A DNA stretch of 20,554 bases from Chiloscyllium plagiosum (taxonomy: Eukaryota), in NCBI RefSeq assembly GCF_004010195.1, contig NC_057718.1:90630376-90650929 (forward strand), written 5' to 3'. The position numbers were made by a program, and so were the translations under genes. The notes beneath the pieces were generated by a model. It ran no database searches, was not told the DNA's origin, and saw only the letters and a program-made list of their open reading frames with translations. Below are positions 10,250 through 20,195 of the stretch, piece by piece; position 1 is the stretch's first letter; each line of letters starts with the position of its first letter.

Positions 10250-11042
10250 CAGATAAATGTGAGGTTACCCACTTTGATGGCATAAACAGGAAAGCAGATT
10301 ATTATCCGAATGGTGGCAGTCGAGGAAAAGGCGAGGTGAATCAAGACCTGGGTGTCATGGTGGAACAGTCGCTGAAGGTTAGCATGTCGGTGCTAATGGC
10401 ATGCTGGCCTTCATAGTGAGAGGATATAAGTATCAGAGTGGGGGTGGCTTGCTGCAGTTATATCGGGCCATGGTGAGGCCACACCTTGTGTATTGTGTAC
10501 AGTTTTGAACTCCTAGTCTGAGGAAGGTCACTTTTGTTATTGAGGGAGTCCAGCGAAGGTTTAACAGCCTGATTCCCGGGATGGCAGGACTGACATATGA
10601 GGAAAGACTGGATTGACTGGGCTTGTACTCACTGGAATTGAGAAGAATGAGGGGGATTTCATAGAAACAAATAAAATCCTGATGGAACTGGACGGGCTAG
10701 ATGCAGGAAGAATGTTCCCGATGTTGGGGAAGTCCAGAACTCGGGGTAACTGTCTAAGAATAAGGAGTAAGCTATTCAGGACTGAGATGAGGAACAATTT
10801 CTTCATTCAGAGAGTTGTGAACCTGTGGAATTCTGGCCCACAGAAAGCTGTTGGGGCCAATTTGTTAAATATATTCAGGAGGGAGCTGGTCATGGCCTTT
10901 GCAGCTAAAGGGGTCAAGGGGTATGGGGAGAAAGCGGGAGGGGATACTGAGATTGCATAATCAGCCATGACCATATTGAATGGTGGGGCAGTCTTGAAGG
11001 GCCGAATGGCCTGCTCCTGCACCTATTCTGTATGCTCCTATG
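10250..11042 (+). mobile_element. CR1 (HER1-type) LINE, 5'-truncated ORF2 C-terminus and 3'UTR
   Basis: Encodes fragments DLGV.V, ANGMLAFI, VRPHL.YCVQF, GVQRRF..LIPGM, SRTRGNCLRIRSKLFRTEMRNNFFIQRVVNLWNS. 3'UTR gggccgaatggcctgctcctgc with a tatg-type tail. Frameshifted. Confidence 0.92.
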
Positions 11043-11344
11043 AATGCTGATGGGGGGACAGCACTGGGATCTGTACAAGGATTGGGTGGAAGGCTTGGCT
11101 TGAATGTGATGCCCTCACGATCAAAGAGCCTGTGAAAATTTGCCATCTTGCATTAAATAGCTTACCCTCTGAGTAAAGTGGGGTGATGATTTGGATCGAG
11201 GAAGGATAATGGATATGTTAGGGACAACTTGTGCCCATTTGACCCCAACAGCAAGACCTATTCCCTCCTAGCGAAACCCTAATCAATATCACGTGTGAGG
11301 TAGGTACTGCCATGCACTGCTGCAGGAAATCAGATTCTTGAGTA

Positions 11345-11836
11345 TTGCTGGAAAAAGACACATTTTATTGAAGCTTTTTGACCTCCTCTCATAACAGCAA
11401 ATTCACACGAAATACCAATGTACAGGGAAAACAACAATTTATACAATAATAGGAAAGGAGAGTACTGATTGATTGGCAGTCAGACTGTATTCTTCAAAGA
11501 ACAGGGCCCTGTCTATTAATGTATGTAGCTTCCAGCACACACGTGTCTTTGTAGACAGAACACTTGTCTCCACCTGTTTCAACTCAACATAACAGGTGGC
11601 AGCCATTTCCTAATTCATTTCTCAGGGCACTTCCATGAATAACTGGGAGTCAGCCTGCCCTGTTTTAAAATTCAAACAAAGCTCGGCAGTGAACTGTCAC
11701 TTGCCATCAACTGGCACATTCTCCGTGGCAGTGCCTGAATCAATCCAAGTCCATTCGCCAACCAGTCAGTACTCTCCTCTCATTCAGAATGAATGTTGTT
11801 TTCCGTTTCCTTCGGTATCGAGACTTGTCCTGATGA
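11345..11836. mobile_element. Old long inverted-repeat element, probably Penelope-like
   Basis: 11456-11477 and 11757-11778 are reverse complements at 20/22. gaaaacaaca / tgttgttttc and atacc / ggtat extend the arms. CTGATGA at 11830-11836. Confidence 0.55.
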
Positions 11837-12261
11837 TATTCAAAGAGTGTTTGTGGATTTTGTTAATACCATGACCGATGCTGTCTTGTCAGGGGTATAG
11901 ATAGTCAATAGATGGCAGGCTTGCAGGAAGCCTAGGTAGGGGAGAGATGTGGACAACCTGGGGTGTGTAGTAGGACAGTGTGTGATCAGAATTTATGTCA
12001 TTAATACAATCGCTATTTGGAATGATGGCGGTTGAGGAGGTGAAGGGGTTGGAGGGAGTGGCAGGGTGTTGCTGATCAAACAGTAATGTACTGGACTTCA
12101 TCTGAGAGATTACAAAGGTACATATCTTCTGAGGCCCGATGTGTCTCAACTGGTGGGGGAGATGTGCAAGGAAACAGTGAGTTCCACTCCCAGTATTCTG
12201 ATGTTTGCTGGAACAGGTTTCCATATCCTGCTCACTGCGCTACAGAAAAATAAGCATCTCT

Positions 12262-12599
12262 CTCTCTCTCTATCTCTCTCTACATGACATGCCTCTCACT
12301 GTGGAGAAAGTGAGGACTGCAGATGCTGGAGATCAGAGCTTAAAAATGTGTTGCTGGAAAAGTGCAGCAGGTCCGGCAACATCAAAGGAACAGGAGAATT
12401 GACGTTTCGGGCATAAGCCCTTCTTCAGGACTCTCTCTCTATCTCTCTCTACATGACATGCCTCTCACTGTGGAGAAAGTGAGGACTGCAGATGCTGGAG
12501 ATCAGAGCTTAAGAATGTGTTGCTGGAAAAGTGCAGCAGGTCCGGCAGCATCAAAGGAACAGGAGAATTGACGTTTCGGGCATAAGCCCTTCTTCCGGA
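12262..12599. repeat. 169-bp tandem duplication (41 bp flank + 128 bp element arm)
   Basis: 12262-12430 and 12431-12599 differ at three positions by eye and share private variants (gtccggca, ggagaattgacg). Confidence 0.9.
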
Positions 12600-12697
12600 A
12601 ATGCCCTGAAGAAGGGCTTCTGCCCGAAACATCGATTCTCCTGCTCCTTTGATGCTGCCTGACCTGCTGCGCTTTTCCAGCAACACATTTTTAAGCT
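12303..12697 (-). mobile_element. Fold-back Penelope-like terminal element with a duplicated long arm
   Basis: Long arms start ggagaaagtgaggactgcag at 12303 and 12472, and the inverted short arm spans about 12606-12697. TSD catgcctctcactgt at 12288-12302, 12457-12471 and 12698-12712. Confidence 0.85.
12401..12428 (-). ncRNA. Minimal type I hammerhead ribozyme core (predicted)
   Basis: The minus strand reads CUGAAGA-A-GGGC-UUAU-GCCC-GAAA-CGUC. Confidence 0.7.
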
Positions 12698-13562
12698 CAT
12701 GCCTCTCACTGTATCACACATTTGCATCTTTCTGAAAACAATGTCATTGCACAAACAACAAGGCATTGAACGAGGTCTCTTCAGGGTAGTGTGGTCGCCT
12801 CTCTGCATAGCGGTTGGTATGGGTGACAGCTGCAGTTCAAGATGTTACCTGTGCTGTTTTACCAAATTAGACCAATCATCAATGACACAGGAAGGAATAG
12901 AGCAGCAATTCCCAAAGGCGTGCTTGTTTTCCGTACAGATTCCAGCATCTGCAGTAATTTGTTCCCAAGGACACGCATTGTGCATTGGCATTAAAGCTGC
13001 ACGGGAGATTCGGTCAGTCATCCGTGGTGAGCGAGTCATCCAGCTCCCTCAGTGGCCTGTGAAATGTGAGGCTACTGCTGTTGTTGAATGCTCTTGTGGT
13101 TTTAACACTCACTGCACTCGCCCGGATGTGCCGCACAGCCAAGACTTGGGGCGATGTCAGCACAGCACGGGGCAAGTCAACAGTTTTAGGGCGATTGCAG
13201 AAGCGTCTTGTTATTCATGGAGAATCTCATTCTGAGTTCTGATGAGGTGATCTTTATTAAACATGAGCTCCCACAGAGATTAGTCAGGCTTCTCCAATCT
13301 GTCGGTGATCTCAGCACAGAGCCCTGCGTTAACTGTGAGGCTCTTATAGTGTCCGAATCTTGTGTAGGAGTTAGTCGCGTGCACTCCCTCCTACTCTCTT
13401 TTCCAGCCTTTCCCATTTAACATGGGGTCACCCACAGGGAAGGTGATCACCCTGCAAACCTAGCAGCATTTTTGAATTTGGTGGGTGATTTTCTAGCCAC
13501 ATGCCCTTTCTATCCCTGAACCCTCTTCAGCAACCCTGCTATTAGATTGAAATCCTATTCAG

Positions 13563-13686
13563 GAGAAAGTGAGGTCTGCAGATGCTGGAGATCAGAGCTG
13601 GAAATGTGTTGCTGGAAAAGCGCAGCAGGTCAGGCAGCATCCAGGGAACAGGAGAATCGATGTTTCGGGCATAAGCCCTTCTTCAG
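13563..13686 (-). mobile_element. Single-arm copy of the hammerhead-bearing element
   Basis: One arm only, whose minus strand starts at CTGAAGAAGGGCTTATGCCCGAAACATC. Perfect 14-bp TSD gaaatcctattcag at 13549-13562 and 13687-13700. Confidence 0.85.
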
Positions 13687-13700
13687 GAAATCCTATTCAG

Positions 13701-14058
13701 CTTTGCTATTAGATCTAAGCCCTTCATTAGTCTTGCTGGAAGATCTAGACCCTTGGGTGGCCTTGCTGATAGGTCTAAGCCCTTGGTCGGCCTTGCTGAT
13801 TGGTCTAAGCCGTACATTGGGCTCGCTGATAGGTCTAAACCCTTGGTAGTCCTGCTGATCGATCTAAGCCCTTGGTCGGCCTTGCTGATAGGTCTAAGCC
13901 CTTGATCGGCCTTGCTGATAGGTCTAAGCCCTTGGTTGGTCTTGCTGATAGGTCTAAGCCCTTGGTTGGACTTGCTGATAGGTCTAGCCCTTGGTTGGAC
14001 TTGCTGATAGGTCTAAGCCCTTGGTTGGACTTGCTGATAGATCTAAGCCCTTCATCAA
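13701..14058. repeat. 30-bp minisatellite, about 12 units, consensus CTTGCTGATAGGTCTAAGCCCTTGGTYGGN
   Basis: The ctaagccc-like core recurs every 29-31 nt. Units are more degenerate at the left end. Confidence 0.92.
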
Positions 14059-14067
14059 TGCCTTTAC

Positions 14068-14150
14068 TGCCATCCTTACATGGTCTGGCCTACATGTGAC
14101 TCCAGACCCACAGCAGTGAATTTGTCTCTTAAACTGCTCTCTGGGCAATT
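14068..14150 (+). mobile_element. Internal fragment of the SINE family seen at 1181-1771
   Basis: ctgccatccttacatggtctggcctacatgtgactccagacccacagca...ctcttaaactgc...gggcaatt parallels 1630-1720. Confidence 0.7.
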
Positions 14151-14607
14151 CATAGCATCACGGAGTCATAGAATCCTACAGCGTGGAGACAGGCCCTTCG
14201 GCCCAAACTAGTCCATGCCGACCAAAATGTCCATCCATGCTAATCCCATTTCCTTGCACTTGGCCCATATTCTTCTAAACTTTTCCTATCTATATATTTG
14301 TCCAAATGCCTTTTAAATACCTGTTAATGTACCTGCCTCAATCACTTCCACTGGCAGCTCATTCCATACCACCCTTGGTTTAAAAATGTTGCCCCTCAGG
14401 TTCCCTTTTCTTCTTTCCCCTCTAACATTAAACTGATGCCCTCTTGTCCTTGATTCCCCAACACTGGGAAAAAGATTGAGTGCATTCACCCTATCCATAC
14501 CTCTCATGGTCTTATGCACTTCTATATGGTCCCCTCTCAGTCTCCTACACTTTGAAGAAAAATGTCTTGGGTCCTGGCAACATCCTTGTAAATTTCTTCT
14601 GCACTCT
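14151..14607 (-). mobile_element. CR1 (HER1-type) LINE 3' end
   Basis: ORF 14313..14519 (KTMRGMDRVN...ESRTRGHQFNVRG...RVVWNELP) plus 3'UTR gggccgaagggcctgtctccacgctgtaggattctatgac. Confidence 0.9.
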
Positions 14608-15369
14608 TATGACTCTATGGTCAAGCTAATGGCTGGCTTGACTCAATAGATGGAAGTCCAGACTTAACTGCTCACAGGCCTAATAGTAAAAAAAAGAATT
14701 CCATTGCCAAACAGCATCATAACGGTAACCAATGAAAGACTGGATCAGTAAAGGAGTTAACTTATGCACAATAACCCATTGAACCAACAAAGCTATTGTT
14801 CTCAAAAAGAATTGAATCCTTCCAAATTTACCAATGAACGAGATGCATCCAAAACAGTATGGATGTAAAAACCAATCCGTAGGTTATCGAGATAGATTTT
14901 TCTGCTTATGAGGGAGTCCATTTCATGCTCTGCTACAAAAATAACCAATGAAAGGATAATCAGGCAGCTTCAACACCAATTATTGACCAGCAGATATAGA
15001 CAAAACCCCCCCTGGAATGTGTGCAAAGATGTGACTCTCGGACTCTTGTCAGGGATTAGTGAGACAGCGTGTGTTTTGCCTAAAATCTCATTTGCCTTAA
15101 AATCCTCCTGCATTCGTTGGGAGGGAGGCGTCGGTAGAAATCAAGATGTTACTCAGATTTTAGAGCTATGGGGTGAGCTTAAGTGTAAGACCAGACATGG
15201 GAGGCCATTAAGCCCATCTGAGTCATGCTGGAATACTAGCCTATGATTCTTCGTATTCCCTCCCCACACACCCCCCACACACCCCGAGTCTGTGTTCTGC
15301 TCCAGACCCACAACCAGAGGGGATGTCTGCACCACTCTAATTCTGGACCCTTGTCTTGTCAGGGATTAC

Positions 15370-15548
15370 CGTGCTGTCTTGCATGTTTTGCACTTTCTTG
15401 TGCACTTTATGCTGCCCTGTGTCTGACTGTACTCTCATGTAGTCTGTGTGTTCATGTAGCACCTTGGTCCTGGAGGAACGCTGTCTCATTTTTATTGTAC
15501 CAGCTGTATATGGCAGAAACGACAAATAGTTACTGTACTCTACTTGAG
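15370..15548 (+). mobile_element. LINE 3'UTR, Rex1-like
   Basis: tgtagcaccttggtcctggaggaacgctgtctcattt...tgtaccagctgtatatgg...gacaaata...tacttga is recalled as a fish Rex1-type 3' end. No ORF support in this window. Confidence 0.5.
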
Positions 15549-16544
15549 CAGCTGTAATTATAATCGCTATATCATTGGTCAGCTTCCGAGGCCCCATGCT
15601 CTGGGACTTGTTGCCTCTGTCTTATTACCTCTCTACCCGACTTTTCACCTTTAAAACTGACCACACCGTTGGTTTTCGGGCCTAACAATCCCTGTGCGTC
15701 CCATTTTTATCCTGAGAAAAGCCCTGGGATCCATGCGAGTAGCAAGCTGTTGTTGGATCATTTCTGGGAATCTCGGGGCTAGATTTGTCCACAAGTGTGG
15801 GAGCCCGAGGGTCAGGTGCCCACTCTAGGTGGGTTTTGCAGAGGGTGGCCAATTAATGGGTTGCCTTGGTGTTCGCCAGCCAACAATGGCGGTGCCCACC
15901 AGCAGGAGGCCCAAGCAGCAGAAGGGTCAGGGTGGAGAAGGTGAGAGCATGATAAGAGGAATAGTCCCCTACCATTTCTATGTAACTCCCCTCGACCTTT
16001 CCCTGCCTTCTGTGTGGACTCCTTGCACTTAGTCAGTGAACAATTCTGTCATTCCGACAGATCGAAGTGCTTTTCTGACAGCAGTGCGGAAATGTGCTTC
16101 TCTTTTGCATGTGACGTGGAGTTCTTCTGCTGACATCAACGCTTTACGTCACTGTCCCCTTATATCCAATCTCCCTGTCAGGAAAGGTGGTCTGAAATTG
16201 AGATATGGAGCGATGAGTCCAACTTAATGTGTCATTGAGTTTGAGAATGGGCTGTCACCTTTTGTAGCAAAGATTGGAGCCAGTTCAGAGGCATTTCTGG
16301 ACTGAGTCCAGTTTCCACAAGAGGTTGCCTGATGCATAAAGATGAGTTGGTAAAAGGGAGTAACTGAGAACTGGGTCAAACCCAGGACTAAAACAGAATC
16401 TACTTGGTGGAGTAATTGGACAGAGTTGACTTTCCTTTTCCCTCAATCATTATTAACCCCTTCCTTACTTTCCATACTTCCAAACTGTTAGAAAGCAGTT
16501 ACTTGTTTTTGTTGTTTAGTCTATGCTTGTTTGTGTCATCAAAT

Positions 16545-16705
16545 TATGGAAAATAGGAGCAGGAATATACCATTCAGCCCTTCAAGCCTGGCCCACCAGT
16601 CAATGTGACCCTGGCTGACCATCCAACTCAGTCCCCTCTTCCCACTTTCTCCCATATTCCTTCATCCCTTTAGTCTTTTGGAACTGTATCTAATGTGCCA
16701 TTGAA
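16545..16705 (-). mobile_element. Decayed CR1 3'UTR
   Basis: aataggagcaggaatataccattcagcccttcaagcctg...ggctga...ttctcccatattccttcatcccttta is the antisense homolog of 10900-11030. Confidence 0.75.
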
Positions 16706-17185
16706 ACCACCATGGTAGCCCTCAAAGATTTAAAGTGATTTCTGCGAATAAAATCCAACAACACAGATGTTTTTTTCTCACAATGATTCACCCACTAACA
16801 AAGTTGACTTCTCAGACACCACACAGTGCGATGGCTTTGTGACGTTACTATTGAGGAGAAAGGCTGGGATATTTCCACTTTTGGGTCATGGAGGTTTTGG
16901 ACCCGAGGAGGATCTGTAACTGATTCACATCAGCTGAAGTGTGCCAACTCTTCAGTTTGGAACGTTGCATTCCTCGACATAAAGGGAAGGAGAGTCCAGT
17001 CACAGGTTTAGGGTCCAGTCAGCTGAAAGCTTAACCAACAACCGTAGAACAGTTTAACACTGAATGCCAGGAGGAGCAACATGATTTTGAGATGAGGCTA
17101 AGGATTGGAAAATGAGGGCAAGAATTTTCCAATTGAAGCGTTACCAGTTTTTGAGCTAGTGCTGTTTGGCAGACACACAGATAGT

Positions 17186-18784
17186 GAGTCATAGAGTCAT
17201 ATAGCACAGAAACAGACCCTTCGGTCCAACTGGCCCATGCTGACCATTATCCCAAACTAAACTAGCCTCACCTGTCTGCTCCTGGCCCGTATCCCTCCAA
17301 ACCTTTCCTAGTTATGTACTTATCAAAATGTATTTTATACATTGTAATTGTGCCCAGATCTACCACTTCCTCAGGAAGTTCATTCCACACATGGACCACC
17401 CTCTGTGTAAAATATTTGCCTCTTATATCTTTTTAAAATCTTTCTCCTCTCACTGTACCCCCCCTAGTCTTGAAACTCCCCATCCTAGGGAAAAGATAAC
17501 TACCATTAACTCTATCTACACCTTTCATTATTTTATGAACTTCTATCAGATCGCCTCTCAACCTCTTAAGCTCCAGTGAAAAAAGTCCCAGCCCATCCAG
17601 CCTTTCTTTATAACTCAAACCTTCCATACCCGGCAACATCCTGATAAATGTCTTCTGAACCCTCCCAAGCTTAATAATACCCTTCCTAAAACAGGGCATC
17701 CGGAATTGGAAACAGTAATCCAGAAGAGGCCTCACCAATGTCCTGTACAACCTCAACATGACTTACCAACTCCTATACTCAAAGGACTGAACAATACCCA
17801 AGGCCCTACCATTAACTGTATAAGCCCTACCCTTGTTTGCTGTATCAAAATAGAATACCTCACATTTATCCAGATTGAACTTCATCTGCCATTTTTCAGC
17901 CCATTGATCCATTTGATCAAGTTCCTTTTGTCACCTTAGAAAACCTTATTCGCTGTCTACAATGGCACCAATTTTGGTGTTGTCCGCATGCCTTCTATAT
18001 TCTCATCCGAATCATTTACATAAATGGCAAACAAAAGAGGACCCAGAACTGATCCCTGTGGATGACCGCTGGTCACAGGCCTCCAGTCTGAAAAGCAACC
18101 TTCCACTATTACTCTCTGTCTCCTGCCATAAAGCCAATCATGTATCCAATTAGCAAGCCCACCCAGAATCCCATCTGACCTAACTTTACTAATTAGTCTA
18201 CCATGTGGAACCTTGTCAAAGGCTTTACTAAAATCCAATAAACAATGTTTACCACTCTACCATCATCAACCTTTTTGGTAACTTCCTCAAAATAACTCAA
18301 CCAAGTTTGTGAGACGCGATTTTCCTTAATCAATTTTTGCCTCTCTAAATGTCCATAAACCCTATCTTGTATAACCACCTCCAACAATTTACCCACAACC
18401 AAAGTCAGATTCACAGGTCTGTAGTTTCCTGGTTTCTCCTTGCAACCTTTCTTAAACAAAGGCACAACATTAGGAGAAAGTGAGGTCTGCAGATGCTGGA
18501 GATTAGAGTCGAGAGTGTGGTGCTGGAAAAGCACAGCAGGTCAGGCAGCATCCAAGGAGCAGAAAAATCGATATTTCAGGCATAAGCCCTTTATCAGGAA
18601 GGAGTTATGCCCAAAAGTCCTGATGAAGGCCTAATGCCCGAAACATAAATTCTCCTGCTCCTCGGATGCTGCCTGACCTGCTATGCTTTTCCAGCACCAC
18701 ACTCTCGAAAGGTACAACATGAGCCAGCCTCCAGTCATCAGGTACCTCACCCGTAGTTAGAGATGATGGACATATCTCTGTAAG
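17186..18784 (-). mobile_element. CR1 (HER1-type) LINE, degenerate reverse-transcriptase ORF2 and 3'UTR
   Basis: Motifs [57 protein letters not shown] and LYRTLVRPLLDYC occur in three disjoint ORFs, with frameshifts and internal deletions. (TATGACTC)n tail. Confidence 0.95.
18474..18707 (-). mobile_element. Fold-back Penelope-like terminal element nested in CR1 ORF2
   Basis: Inverted arms with an unpaired tail of about 36 nt. TSD aaaggcacaacattag (18458-18473) / aaaggtacaacatgag (18708-18723), 14/16. Confidence 0.85.
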
Positions 18785-19130
18785 TGAATGGGACTTGGTG
18801 CAAGCTAGGATATAGAGTTTAGATATATATGGTATATGATATGAGCCTGCCCTGAAATCATTTGAATAGCTGAGTCTGGAGGCAACTAAAGCATGGTTGA
18901 TGATCTCAGCACCGAATACAAGAGACTAAAATCAATTTGCAAGTGGGCAAAGTCAAGTCTATGTAACTTCTCTCAGGCATTCCACTTTAAACTGTTTCAT
19001 TGTCACTGGCTTGACCTTCAGCTGCCCAGACCCTATACCTTTAGCTGAGGTTTCCTTCCCTCTGTGCACAGTAGTGCACTGTTCAAAACTGAGAGTTACT
19101 TCTCCCAATTCAATGCCCAATTATACAATG

Positions 19131-19419
19131 GAATAGAATCCCTATAGTGTGGAAACAGGTCCTTCAGCCCACACCAATCCTCCAAGGAATAACCCACCCA
19201 GACCCATTCCCCTACATTTGGCCCAGACTAATGCACCTAGCCTTGACATCCCTGAACACTATGGGCAATTTAGCATGGCCAATTCACCTAACCTGCACAT
19301 CTTTGGACTGTGGGAGGAAACCCACACAGACTGAATGTACAAACTCCACACAGACAGTCGCCTGAGGCTGGAGTCGAACCCTGGGTCCCTGGTGCTAACC
19401 ACTGAGCCACCGTGTTGCC
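19131..19419 (-). mobile_element. HE1-type SINE
   Basis: The minus-strand head reads ggcaacacggtggctcagtggttagcacc...ggttcgactcc, and the body and tail are homologous to 1980-2275. Confidence 0.9.
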
Positions 19420-19841
19420 TTTCCTTGAAATTTCTCGAGATAGCACAGCAACAAAGTAGGAATTTGTTGGCATGGGAGATGGCTTTCCTTTTTCAATCTG
19501 AAGATTCAAATGCTCCTGAACGATTATCACAAATGCTTCGGGAGTTAGAGGAGGCAGCTAAAGCGAATAGTGTCGGGTTTGGGTTTGATGAAACTCATTT
19601 CCCATCAAAGGAATTGGCTGGTGCAGCATTTTATACCATTGTGAAGTGCACAGGCTGTGTGCTGTGTTGGAAATTGGTGCCTTAGAGTCAGCAGACCCTT
19701 CAATGCCTTATTCTCACATTTCAAAATTATTTGAAGTGATAACCCTTATTGGTAATAATGCCATCGAGTTAAATCTTCATATTTGCTAATGCCTGAGCTG
19801 TAAACTTGGAATTTCACCATTTGGGCTGACATTTTAAGAAT

Positions 19842-19992
19842 GTTCAGACGGAGCGCAAAGCCGGTCGGGAAGGTAAGTGATTACTATATAAAGAGCTTAC
19901 CTCGACGCCAACGGTCTTTTCGCAGCAGAGAGCGGCGGGAGCTGGGCGGAAGTTCAGACGGAGCGCAAAGCCGGTCGGGAAGGTAAGTGATT
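19842..19992 (+). repeat. 41-bp perfect direct repeat with a 110-bp period
   Basis: gttcagacggagcgcaaagccggtcgggaaggtaagtgatt at 19842-19882 and 19952-19992. Confidence 0.95.
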
Positions 19993-20195
19993 GCTATTAG
20001 AGTGGGTGAGTTCTAAACCCCAGGTCCTACAAAGTAGGGTCTCCCTCCCTCCTCTAACCTTAATTAAGAGTCCACAGACGTGCCACAAAAAGAGGGTCTA
20101 AGGAAGTTTAGTTCGAAGAGTGAGGCTTCAGCTCAGGAATCTTTGACAAGGAGGTTGAGTGAAGTAATTACACCACAGTTGAAGAAGGTGAAGAC

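Noticed and set aside
12699..13235. 178-aa ORF, the longest in the track
   Set aside because: It starts inside a TSD, has no recognisable homology or domain pattern, and has no convincing splice context.
13701..14058. CRISPR array or repeat protein (VGLADRSKPL)n
   Set aside because: The units are contiguous with no unique spacers, there are no cas genes, the context is eukaryotic, and single-base indels break the frame.
15575..15730. Possible L2-like 3' remnant (similar traces near 18850-19060)
   Set aside because: Too decayed to assign or bound by eye.
19584..19610. Inverted TCF/LEF-like pair (tttgatg...catcaaag)
   Set aside because: A 7-bp inverted match is expected by chance in 20 kb, and nothing else supports it.
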